A DNA stretch of 27,111 bases from Pleurocapsales cyanobacterium LEGE 06147 (lineage in GTDB: Bacteria; Cyanobacteriota; Cyanobacteriia; Cyanobacteriales; Xenococcaceae), in assembly GCA_015207585.1 (NCBI GenBank), contig JADEWQ010000086.1, positions 1 to 27,111 on the forward strand, in the 5' to 3' direction. Numbering within the stretch: position 1 is the stretch's first letter; the number at the start of each line of letters is the position of its first letter. The notes under the pieces were generated by a model that had not been told where the DNA came from, made no database searches, and saw only the letters and a program-made list of their open reading frames with translations. The position numbers and the translations under genes were made by a program. This document shows, piece by piece, positions 17,166 to 25,564 of the stretch.

Positions 17166-17370
17166 GCTTTACTCTTTCGTGCCGATAACAGCATTACGAC
17201 ATGAGCAGAAAGAGTAGGGGAAAGAATTTTTATCCTAATTGCTAATTTCTAGCATCTCGGCTAGCGAATGACTGAAGATAACGATAGTTTTTAAACACCT
17301 GGCATTTCCTTATGCTCATCCTTGAAGTTTACCGTTACATACAAAATTCAAAATCAGGAGATAAAAAATC

Positions 17371-18522
17371 ATGACTAACAATCCACTTTTGAAAATTAAA
17401 GAATACGGTCAGAGTATCTGGATGGATTATCTCGATCGCGATTTAATTGAGACGGGCGAACTCAAGAAGATGATCGAAACTCGCGGCTTGTGTGGCGTAA
17501 CTTCAAATCCCAATATTTTCGACAAGGCGGTTACTGGTAGCAACCGCTATGACGCTGACATTGAAGCGGGAATTAAGGCGGGTAAGTCGATAAAAGAAAT
17601 TTATGAATCGCTGATGTTTGAAGATATCCGCAATGCCTGCGATATCTTTCGCCCCGTTTACGAAAAAACTAACGGACTCGACGGCTATGTCAGTATCGAA
17701 GTCTCGCCTCACTTAGCACGGGATGCCCGAGGTACGATTGAGGAAGCATTGGGATTTTATCGCGCTATCGATCGCGACAACGTAATGATTAAAATTCCTG
17801 GAACTCCTGAAGGGTTTCCCGCCGTAGAACGAGTAATTGCCCAAGGAGTTAACGTTAATATTACCCTATTGTTTTCAGTTGAAAGTTACGAACACGCAGC
17901 TTGGGCATATATACGGGGTTTAGAAGACAGAGTAAAAAAAGGTCAACCAATTGATAAAATTGCTTCGGTTGCTAGTTTCTTCCTCAGCCGAATCGATACT
18001 AAAATTGACGCTCGCATCGATGAAAGACTCAAAAGTATTGGCACGGAAAATCTAAGTGAAGAAGCTCGCTTACAGAAAATTAAAGGCAAGGTAGCGATCG
18101 CCAATGCTAAAGTTGCCTACCAAAAATACAAGGAAATTATCGCTAGCGATCGCTGGCAAGCACTAGCAGAGAAAGGCGCGAATGTACAGCGACTCCTGTG
18201 GGCAAGCACTAGCACTAAAAATCCCAAGTACAGTGATGTGATGTACGTCAATGAGTTGATTGCTCCTAATACGGTCAACACCATGCCGCCGGAGACCATT
18301 GAAGCCTGTGCCGACCACTGCGAACCTGCTCCCAATCGGATCGAAACCGATCTTGAAGAAGCTTATCGCTTGCTCGAAAGTCTCAAAGACCCGGACATCA
18401 ATATTGACTTGGACGAAGTGATGAGCGAACTCCTCGAAGAAGGAATTGCCAAATTCGTTCAGCCCTATGATTCGCTGATGCAATCCCTAGAAGATAAGGT
18501 CAAACAGCTATCCCTGGTTTAG
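17371..18522 (+). CDS. tal: Transaldolase (long cyanobacterial/plant type)
   Basis: SIWMDYLDRDLI...GVTSNPNIF and a lysine Schiff-base region. 383 aa. AGGAG RBS. Confidence 0.9.
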   Translation: MTNNPLLKIKEYGQSIWMDYLDRDLIETGELKKMIETRGLCGVTSNPNIFDKAVTGSNRYDADIEAGIKAGKSIKEIYESLMFEDIRNACDIFRPVYEKTNGLDGYVSIEVSPHLARDARGTIEEALGFYRAIDRDNVMIKIPGTPEGFPAVERVIAQGVNVNITLLFSVESYEHAAWAYIRGLEDRVKKGQPIDKIASVASFFLSRIDTKIDARIDERLKSIGTENLSEEARLQKIKGKVAIANAKVAYQKYKEIIASDRWQALAEKGANVQRLLWASTSTKNPKYSDVMYVNELIAPNTVNTMPPETIEACADHCEPAPNRIETDLEEAYRLLESLKDPDINIDLDEVMSELLEEGIAKFVQPYDSLMQSLEDKVKQLSLV

Positions 18523-18615
18523 TTCCTATCTAAAAACAGATTAAGCCAAGGTATCTATCTTAAGACTGAGGAATAGCTAGTTAGGGAATAGATAGGCTAC
18601 TAACACCAGACAAAC

Positions 18616-18657
18616 AATCTTGCACAAAAACAAAGATTGCATTTTTGCTTTTTAAAA
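18616..18657 (+). terminator. Rho-independent terminator candidate after tal (CAATCTT stem, 11-nt loop, AAGATTG, then CATTTTTGCTTTTT)
   Basis: 7-bp stem followed by a T-rich tract, seen in sequence. Confidence 0.45.
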
Positions 18658-18824
18658 ATATCGTAAGTTCGCTCTATGCTTGACTTGTAGAAAAGAATGT
18701 CTAGTTTCAAATTTAACCAGCTTTTTTAAAACTAATCAAGTATTTCGATTGAGCGTTCTATTCTCCCTAAAAGAGCAAGATTAACAACATTAATCTGAAT
18801 GAGTGTCAAATAAAGGAGGACAAA

Positions 18825-19058
18825 ATGGTTCAACAAATGAAAAGAGATTCCAGCACGGGCACAGCGAACGAACAGTACGATTTAATTAGCATAATTTACC
18901 ATTCCCTTCAGAGTGCTGCCGTATGCGAAATGTATATTCAAGATGCCGAGCAGTCTGGCGATCGCGAATTAACCGAGTTCTTTCAACAGGTCAAAGAACG
19001 AAGCTGCCAGCAAGCAGAGCAGGCAAAACAATTAATGGCACAAAGAATGGGACAGTAA
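18825..19058 (+). CDS. Hypothetical 77-aa protein, possibly a ferritin-like/DUF-type helical protein
   Basis: Strong AAGGAGG RBS. The sequence is helical (IIYHSLQSAAVCEMYIQDAEQSGDRELTEFFQQV). The family is not confidently recognised. Confidence 0.55.
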   Translation: MVQQMKRDSSTGTANEQYDLISIIYHSLQSAAVCEMYIQDAEQSGDRELTEFFQQVKERSCQQAEQAKQLMAQRMGQ

Positions 19059-19087
19059 TAAGCTTTCAATCTCTAGAGAATCTCAAG

Positions 19088-19130
19088 GGACAAAAATAAA
19101 AGCAATTAATGATTCCTTTTATTGCTGTCC
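19088..19130 (+). terminator. Hairpin (GGACAAAAATAAAAG, 13-nt loop, CTTTTATTGCTGTCC) 30 nt after the 77-aa ORF
   Basis: 13/15 bp complementary arms, seen in sequence. There is no strong U-tract. Confidence 0.35.
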
Positions 19131-19354
19131 CTACTGCGTCAATGCCGCAGATAAGAGTGGATTACGCGTTTAGGCGAAGCCTAGTGCTGCAGCACAGTAA
19201 TACTATACTCGTGCTTTCTTTAACACGCGCTCCTCATCCGCGAAATCGCGTTCTAAATATTTAGGTTGATCTTTCGCTTAAGTCTGAGGCAGTTAAGGGC
19301 ATCTTCTTTAGTTTACTTTAGCGATCGCAGCCGAGATGCCTTATTTCTTAGTCA

Positions 19355-19915
19355 ATGATGACTATAGGAGTAGTAAAAGGCATGGATGCTAACGAACTTT
19401 ACAAACGTTTTACTGCTGGAGAGCGAAATTTTCAGAGTACAGACCTAACTGGCAAGGATTTAAGTGGAATCGATCTTAGTGAGATAGACCTGAAAGGGGC
19501 GATACTCAGAGGAGCAAATCTTCAGGGAACAAGGCTCAAGGGAGCTAATTTGAGTAAAGCAAATTTGAGTGAAGCCGATCTAAGTACAGCCAATCTTACA
19601 GGGACAAGCTTGTATGAAGCTATCCTGATAGGAGCCAACTTAAGTCGGGCACAACTCGACTTGGCTAGCCTACAGGCAGCCACTTTGACTGGTACAAATC
19701 TCCAAGAAGCAAATCTGATTCAGACAGATTTGAGCCAAGCCGACTTTAGCGATGCTAACTTGACAGGAGTAGACCTGAGTCAAGCAAAACTGCAGAGAAC
19801 AAATTTCAGTCGAGCCAATCTCAAGCAAGCCGATCTGAGGACAGCAGTTTTCGATCGAGTAATTCTGAGTGATGCCACTATGCCTGACGGTTCAAAGTAT
19901 TGTGCCAGTACTTAA
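19355..19915 (+). CDS. Pentapeptide-repeat protein
   Basis: Tandem A(D/N)LxG-type pentapeptides across nearly the whole protein (ANLQGTRLKGANLSKANLSEADLSTANLTG...). Confidence 0.85.
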   Translation: MMTIGVVKGMDANELYKRFTAGERNFQSTDLTGKDLSGIDLSEIDLKGAILRGANLQGTRLKGANLSKANLSEADLSTANLTGTSLYEAILIGANLSRAQLDLASLQAATLTGTNLQEANLIQTDLSQADFSDANLTGVDLSQAKLQRTNFSRANLKQADLRTAVFDRVILSDATMPDGSKYCAST

Positions 19916-19948
19916 AAGGAAAATTTGTGAACCAACCTTGAGAAGATC

Positions 19949-20419
19949 ATGAGTTTGGCAATTCCAGAATCAGTTAAAATCTACTCTCAATTTATTCATC
20001 CCGTCGTGATGTGGATACTACTGGCAACAGCAATATATGCTCTGTATTTAGGGATAAAAATTCGACAAACTAGGAATGCTGAAGGTGAAACCAAGAAAGA
20101 ACTGCTCAAGGGTCGCTATAACATCAGGCACTACCAAGTAGGTTCGGTTCTGTTAGCATTTATGGTTATCAGTCCAATCTTTGCCATGGCTATTACCTAC
20201 ATCAATAATGGCAAGCTCATTTTAAGTCCCCACTTGATTGTCGGTTTAACCACAGTCAGCCTCATTGCTAGCTCGGCTTCCCTAGCACCATTCATGCAAA
20301 AAGGTAATATGTGGGCGCGCAATATCCATTTCGCGCTCAATATTGGCGTTCTCGGACTATTTGCCTGGCAGGTGGTGACGGGGATTCAAATTGTACAGAA
20401 GATTATTAGCAAGCTATAG
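19949..20419 (+). CDS. Small 4-TM membrane protein, DUF4079-like (tentative)
   Basis: Four hydrophobic helices, with HPxxM-type motifs (IHPVVMW, SPHLIVG). The family call is from memory. Confidence 0.6.
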   Translation: MSLAIPESVKIYSQFIHPVVMWILLATAIYALYLGIKIRQTRNAEGETKKELLKGRYNIRHYQVGSVLLAFMVISPIFAMAITYINNGKLILSPHLIVGLTTVSLIASSASLAPFMQKGNMWARNIHFALNIGVLGLFAWQVVTGIQIVQKIISKL

Positions 20420-20428
20420 AGGATAAAA

Positions 20429-20836
20429 ATGAAACACGATGAATTTATTGGACAAGTTCAACACCGTGCTGGTTTGGCTTCTCGTGGAGAAGCAGAAGTA
20501 GCAACTCGCGCTACTCTCGAAACCCTAGCCGAACGTTTAGCTGGGAATGAACCAGCAAATGCTGCTGCCCAACTTCCCAAGGGTATTGCTGGCTACCTAG
20601 AACATGCTTGGTCGGGAATGGGCGAACCTTTTTCTTTAGATGAATTCTTTAGGAGAGTCAGCCAGCGAGAGGAGGTAGACCTGCCAGATGCCGTCTATCA
20701 CAGCCGCGTGGTCATCGAGGTCCTTCAAGAAGCCATCAGTCAGGGTGAGATTGAGGATATTCGCGCTCAATTGCCCGAGGAATATCTGCCATTGTTTGAG
20801 GCGGGGAGCGAAGGAAAAATGGAAGTTAATCGTTGA
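20429..20836 (+). CDS. DUF2267 domain protein
   Basis: MKHDEFIGQVQHRAGL...ATRATLETLAERL...AAQLP: a characteristic DUF2267 double repeat. Confidence 0.8.
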   Translation: MKHDEFIGQVQHRAGLASRGEAEVATRATLETLAERLAGNEPANAAAQLPKGIAGYLEHAWSGMGEPFSLDEFFRRVSQREEVDLPDAVYHSRVVIEVLQEAISQGEIEDIRAQLPEEYLPLFEAGSEGKMEVNR

Positions 20837-20853
20837 ATTGAACGAGTTGTACC

Positions 20854-21513
20854 ATGTTATTCCAAGATCGAATAGAAGCCGGTCAAAGGCTAGCGCAGAA
20901 ATTAACAGCTCACGCCAATCGTCGGGATGTACTGGTGCTGGGATTACCTCGCGGTGGCGTTCCTGTAGCTTTTGAAGTCGCCAAAGCACTCAACGCGCCA
21001 CTGGATGTTTTTCTGGTACGCAAACTGGGCGTTCCCGGTCATAAAGAGTTGGCGATGGGAGCAATCGCCAGTGGTGGCGTTCGCATCCTCAATGAGGAGA
21101 TTGTCAAATCTCTGGGTTTATCCGAGGAAGAGATCGCTAGGGTTGCCGCCCAAGAACAGCGAGAGTTGGAACGTCGCGAACAAGTTTACCGAGGCGATCG
21201 CTTACCTCTAGAGGTAAGCGATCGCCTCGTAATTTTAGTCGATGACGGTTTGGCAACGGGTGCTACTATGCATGCTGCTGCCGTAGCCATCAGACAGCAG
21301 CACCCCAAACGAATTATTGCTGCCGTGCCAGTGTCTGCCCCCGAAACCTGCAATGAGTTCCAAGTTGAGGTAGACGAAATCATTTGTGCCGAAACGCCAA
21401 GACCGTTTTTTGCTGTCGGTCTCTGGTACAAAGAATTCTCGCAAACGAGCGATGCAGAAGTCCGCGACTTACTACAACGGGCTGCCGAGGCAGAAACTAC
21501 TGCTTCGAAATAA
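20854..21513 (+). CDS. Phosphoribosyltransferase-domain protein (PRTase type I fold)
   Basis: PRPP-binding loop VILVDDGLATGATM. Found in a conserved neighbourhood with DUF2267 and erythromycin-esterase genes. Confidence 0.85.
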   Translation: MLFQDRIEAGQRLAQKLTAHANRRDVLVLGLPRGGVPVAFEVAKALNAPLDVFLVRKLGVPGHKELAMGAIASGGVRILNEEIVKSLGLSEEEIARVAAQEQRELERREQVYRGDRLPLEVSDRLVILVDDGLATGATMHAAAVAIRQQHPKRIIAAVPVSAPETCNEFQVEVDEIICAETPRPFFAVGLWYKEFSQTSDAEVRDLLQRAAEAETTASK

Positions 21514-21537
21514 GTAGATTGGGGAGGGATTCAATTA

Positions 21538-22884
21538 ATGAAACAAACTAAAACGACTCAATTGACCGATGCCGTACGTCAAACTGCCCATCAACTTACA
21601 GGTGAGGCTAATGACTACGAGCCTTTGATAGACTCGATCGGCGATGCTCGTTTTGTGTTGATTGGTGAAGCCTCCCATGGAACTCATGAATTTTATCGAG
21701 AGCGCGCTGAGATTACTAAGCGACTAATCCAAGAGAAGGGCTTCACTACCGTAGCCGTCGAAGCGGACTGGCCGGATGCTTACCGCATTAACCGCTACGT
21801 TCGCGCTGCCAGCGATGACGCTGAAAGTATCGATGTTCTTGCCAATTTCCAACGTTTTCCGACCTGGATGTGGCGCAATGGGGACGTTCTCAATTTTATT
21901 GGTTGGCTGCGAGCTTATAATGATTCCCTATCTCCCAATGCTACCAAAGTTGGCTTTTACGGACTCGATCTCTATAGCTTGTATACCTCAATTGAGGCAG
22001 TCTTAGATTATCTCGACAAGATTGACCCAGAGGCAGCTAAACGTGCCCGCTACCGTTACTCTTGTTTCGACCACTTCGGCGAGGATACTCAGACTTATGG
22101 CTATGCTACTAGCTTCGGACTCAGCGAGCCATGCGAGGATGAGGTTGTCAACCAGCTCATCGAGCTACAACGGCACGCTGCCGATTATGCCCAACGGGAC
22201 GGTCGCGTGCCAGAAGATGAGTTTTTCTATGTCGAGCAGAATGCGCGGCTGGTCAAAAATGCCGAGGAATATTATCGCTCCATGTTTGGCGGTCGAATTT
22301 CCTCGTGGAATTTGCGCGATCGCCACATGGCAGACACCCTCGATCGGCTCATCACTCACTTCGATAAACAGGGACAGCACACTAAGGTTGTAGTCTGGGA
22401 GCATAATTCTCATCTAGGGGACGCAAGAGCCACAGACATGGGAGCTGCTGGAGAATTTAACGTCGGTCAGTTGGTACGCCAACGTTACGATCGCAATGCC
22501 ATTTTAATTGGCTTAACAACCTACACGGGAACCGTGACTGCCGCCTCAAGTTGGGGCGCGCCTGCCGAGCGCAAGAGGGTTCGTCCAGCATTGCCAGATA
22601 GTTATGAAGCAGTGTTTCACGAGACGGGTTTGCCGCGCTTTTTGCTAAATCTGCGAAGTGATAATCCCGCCGTGACAGGATTGCGTATGCCTCGATTAGA
22701 AAGAGCGATCGGAGTTATCTATCTTCCCCAAACGGAGCGAGTCAGTCATTATTTTCAGGCGCGCTTGCCCGACCAATTCGATGCTGTACTCCATTTTGAC
22801 GAAACGCGAGCGGTCGAACCACTGGAACGCACACCTCAATGGGAAACAGGCGAAGCACCAGAAACATTTCCCTCTGGGCTATGA
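21538..22884 (+). CDS. Erythromycin esterase family protein (EreA-like)
   Basis: FVLIGEASHGTHEFYRERAEITKRLIQEKGFTTVAVEADWPD is the hallmark N-terminal region of the family. 448 aa. Confidence 0.85.
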   Translation: MKQTKTTQLTDAVRQTAHQLTGEANDYEPLIDSIGDARFVLIGEASHGTHEFYRERAEITKRLIQEKGFTTVAVEADWPDAYRINRYVRAASDDAESIDVLANFQRFPTWMWRNGDVLNFIGWLRAYNDSLSPNATKVGFYGLDLYSLYTSIEAVLDYLDKIDPEAAKRARYRYSCFDHFGEDTQTYGYATSFGLSEPCEDEVVNQLIELQRHAADYAQRDGRVPEDEFFYVEQNARLVKNAEEYYRSMFGGRISSWNLRDRHMADTLDRLITHFDKQGQHTKVVVWEHNSHLGDARATDMGAAGEFNVGQLVRQRYDRNAILIGLTTYTGTVTAASSWGAPAERKRVRPALPDSYEAVFHETGLPRFLLNLRSDNPAVTGLRMPRLERAIGVIYLPQTERVSHYFQARLPDQFDAVLHFDETRAVEPLERTPQWETGEAPETFPSGL

Positions 22885-23203
22885 GAGTCAACTGATACCA
22901 ATTCTTCAAAATCCTGCTACACATCAATCTCCATGCCGAAATTAATTTAGTTTTCATCTTTGTGTCAGAAAAGGATTAGACGATTTACATTGGTATTGTG
23001 TCAATACTACTCAGCTTTTGTATTTTTAACTCCGAATTTGGATTAAGAAAAGCCTAAAAGATAAGGGTTGAAGGGTTTTTCCTTAATCGACAAATATTAG
23101 GTATTGTGTTGATTGTGCTTAGTGTTTGCCAGTTCTTTCTTTTGAAGCTACTATTGAGTCAAAATTTCTATACATTTCCTAATAAAACTTTATTTTTTAA
23201 ACA

Positions 23204-23566
23204 ATGAATTCTCTAATTATTATTATTACTATTATTTCTATTACTATTGGTATTTTTATAGGGGCATTAATAGTTTGGTTTATCTATTTTTGGAGACGAA
23301 GAGAAATTGTCGATAGCTTGGTAAAGCCAGAAGATGTAATTGGTTTATCTGGTACGGTCGAGATTCCTTTTGATACTAATAGCAAAGGAAAAGTGCGAGT
23401 TAATATTAAAGGATCTATAGTGGATTTAGTTTCTTTAACTGACGAATCGCGGCAATTCGAGCAAGGCGATCGCATTTTTATTATTCAAGTAAAAGGTAAC
23501 AAGGTTTGGGTGGTGGGGGAAGATTCTATTTCTCAATATAATCACTGGATAATTAACAATGAATAA
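23204..23566 (+). CDS. NfeD-like short protein (N-terminal TM anchor plus C-terminal OB-fold), partner of flotillin
   Basis: Hydrophobic N-terminus, then GKVRVNIKGSIVDLVSLTDE...GDRIFIIQVKGNKVWVV, typical of YuaF/NfeD short forms. Its stop overlaps the start of the next gene (ATGAATAA). Confidence 0.75.
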   Translation: MNSLIIIITIISITIGIFIGALIVWFIYFWRRREIVDSLVKPEDVIGLSGTVEIPFDTNSKGKVRVNIKGSIVDLVSLTDESRQFEQGDRIFIIQVKGNKVWVVGEDSISQYNHWIINNE

Positions 23567-24911
23567 TCCACAATTGACAATTAATTTTACAGCAGTAAAG
23601 GGGCGAGAAACTATTGTTGCTCAGATTCCCCAAAGCCAATCGTCCAAAGAGAATTTTCACGGGTTACTATACACTAACTTATTGATTGCTTTAGGAATAT
23701 TTGGGATTATCTCCTTAATTTTGTTCCTTAATTCCTTTTTATGTATTTGCAAGCCTAACGAAGTAGTAATTCTTTCCGGCAGAAAAAGAAAAACTAAAGG
23801 CGGACAAGAAATTGGTTATCGGGTATTAACCGGAGGCAGAGGAATTCGCATTCCTATTTTAGAGACAATCAAACGCATTGATGTTACTACTATGCCCGTA
23901 CCAGTAAAAGTAACTAACGCCTACTCAAAAGGAGGAACTCCTCTTAATATTCAAGCGATCGCTAATGTCAAAATTTCTAGCAATCCAGATGTAGTGGGTA
24001 ATGCGATCGAAAGATTTTTAGATCGGGATAAATCGGAAATTATTAGAGTGGCAAGAGAAACTCTAGAAGGTAATCTCAGAGGAGTTGTGGCAACTCTTAC
24101 TCCAGAACAACTCAATGAAAATCGCCTGCAATTTTCCGAACGTATTGCTTTTGATGTCAGCCGAGATCTCAATAAATTGGGATTACAACTAGACACTCTT
24201 AAAATCCAAAATATTTCCGATGATGTAGACTATCTTAATTCTCTTGGTCGCCGTCAAATTGCTTTAGTAATTAAAGAAGCAGAAATTGCTGAATCTAATG
24301 CTCTTAGCGAAGCAGAACAAATAGAAGCCCAGTGCGAAGAACAAGCAGAAGTGGCTAAAACTCAAGAGCAAATTATCATTCAAGATAAAGAAAACGAACT
24401 ACGTAAAATTAAAGCAGAATTAGAACAAAAAGCCCGTTCGGAAGAAGAACGCACCGTCGCAGCAGCCCGAGAAGCTACAGCCAAAGCCCAACAACAACTA
24501 CAAGCAGTTAGGGCGCAATTAGAACGTCTCCGTTTAGAAGCCGAACAAGTACTGCCTGCTGAAGCCCAAAAACATGCCAAAGAACTTCTGGCTAGAGGAG
24601 AAGCAGCAATATTTAAAGAAAACGCCGAAGCTTACGCTTTAGCGAACGAAATGCTGTCACAAGTATGGAAAGAAACGGGTAAAGATGCCAAAGAATTGTT
24701 CTTAATTCAGCAAATCGAAACTGTATTGCAAGAAGCCGTACAAATACCAGGCAAACTGCAATTAGAGAAAGTCAATGTAATCGATAATGGCGACGGTAAA
24801 TCTGTAGCTAGTTTAGTTAACGTCTACCCTGAAATTGTTGTTCAGTTCCTCAATAGTATTAATAAAACCCTTGGTATTGATGTAATTGGTACGCTTAATC
24901 CCCCACGGTAA
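23559..24911 (+). CDS. Flotillin-like SPFH/Band-7 protein (FloT/YuaG-like), paralogue 1
   Basis: TM hairpin, then the SPFH core (VVILSGRKRK...YRVLTGGRGIRIPILETIKRIDVTTMPVPVKVTNAYSKGGTPLNIQAIANVKIS) and an EA-rich coiled-coil flotillin domain. Confidence 0.85.
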   Translation: MNNPQLTINFTAVKGRETIVAQIPQSQSSKENFHGLLYTNLLIALGIFGIISLILFLNSFLCICKPNEVVILSGRKRKTKGGQEIGYRVLTGGRGIRIPILETIKRIDVTTMPVPVKVTNAYSKGGTPLNIQAIANVKISSNPDVVGNAIERFLDRDKSEIIRVARETLEGNLRGVVATLTPEQLNENRLQFSERIAFDVSRDLNKLGLQLDTLKIQNISDDVDYLNSLGRRQIALVIKEAEIAESNALSEAEQIEAQCEEQAEVAKTQEQIIIQDKENELRKIKAELEQKARSEEERTVAAAREATAKAQQQLQAVRAQLERLRLEAEQVLPAEAQKHAKELLARGEAAIFKENAEAYALANEMLSQVWKETGKDAKELFLIQQIETVLQEAVQIPGKLQLEKVNVIDNGDGKSVASLVNVYPEIVVQFLNSINKTLGIDVIGTLNPPR

Positions 24912-24981
24912 GGGCAGTGCTGCCTTCGCTTCGCTGCGCCTACGGCGAGCAGCAGTGCAAAGAGGGCGCGAACTGCCCTTA
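24909..24981 (+). other. Structured GC-rich intergenic element: 10-bp perfect inverted repeat TAAGGGCAGT...ACTGCCCTTA enclosing a ~53-nt internally self-complementary loop
   Basis: Seen in sequence between the flotillin-1 stop and the DUF29 start. The ORF-track 'N-terminus' of the 24886 ORF translates through it, which is probably spurious. Confidence 0.4.
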
Positions 24982-25005
24982 CATGAATTACTACAAGGTG
25001 AGGTA

Positions 25006-25458
25006 ATGATGGCTTACGACATAGATAAAGAATACGATTTGTGGTTACAAGAACAAGCTAATTACCTGCGCGATCGCGCCTTTGACAAATTAGACATTGA
25101 AAATTTAATTGAGGAATTGGAAGCCTTGGTAAGAGGAGAAAAAAGTGCAGTAGAAAGCTTAGTATATCAAATATTTCTTCATTTATTGCTCATCAATTAC
25201 TGGTACGAAGAATCAGAGTGGAATCGCAATCATTGGGCATCAGAAATAACAGGTTTTAGACTTCAACTAAACAATAAATTAACCACAAATTTAAAAAATC
25301 ATGTCTTAAATCGTCTTGATGAGCTTTATCAAAAAGCGCGTCAAGCAGCTATTAACAAGACTAAAAGTAGCGTCAAAAGCGATCGTTTTCCCTTAGAGCG
25401 TGTTTACGATCTCGATAATCTTATTGATGACAATTTTTTTGGCAAAAATTTCGATTAG
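25006..25458 (+). CDS. DUF29 domain protein
   Basis: MMAYDIDKEYDLWLQEQANYLRDRAFDKLDIENLIEELEAL...LHLLLINYWYEE matches the DUF29 consensus (DFYxW...NLIEEIE...HLLK..YQPE). GGTGAGG RBS. The start is trimmed from the ORF-track 24886. Confidence 0.75.
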   Translation: MMAYDIDKEYDLWLQEQANYLRDRAFDKLDIENLIEELEALVRGEKSAVESLVYQIFLHLLLINYWYEESEWNRNHWASEITGFRLQLNNKLTTNLKNHVLNRLDELYQKARQAAINKTKSSVKSDRFPLERVYDLDNLIDDNFFGKNFD

Positions 25459-25515
25459 CCAGAATCTAGCAATTATCGGTTATGTGAAGTACACTTTGAT
25501 AGGTTAAAAAATAGC

Positions 25516-25564
25516 TAATGACAAATGACTAATGACTAATGACTAATGACAAAGGACTAAAACA
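25516..25564 (+). repeat. Heptanucleotide tandem repeat (TAATGAC)n, 7 units (3 perfect, 4 variant) ending exactly at the start codon of flotillin paralogue 2
   Basis: taatgac aaatgac taatgac taatgac taatgac aaaggac taaaaca, then ATG 25565. The complementary-strand unit TTAGTCA resembles cyanobacterial STRR heptamers. Confidence 0.9.

Noticed and set aside
17170-17215. TACTCTTTC...GAAAGAGTA inverted repeat after the peroxiredoxin fragment
   Set aside because: The 9-bp stem has a 29-nt loop and no U-tract. It is plausible but too weak to call a terminator.
24886-25005. N-terminal 40 codons of the ORF-track 24886-25458 call (MVRLIPHGKGSAAFASLRLRRAAVQRGRELPLHELLQGEV)
   Set aside because: This stretch translates straight through the GC-rich inverted-repeat element and overlaps the flotillin stop. 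The DUF29 homology and a good RBS begin at ATG 25006/25009.
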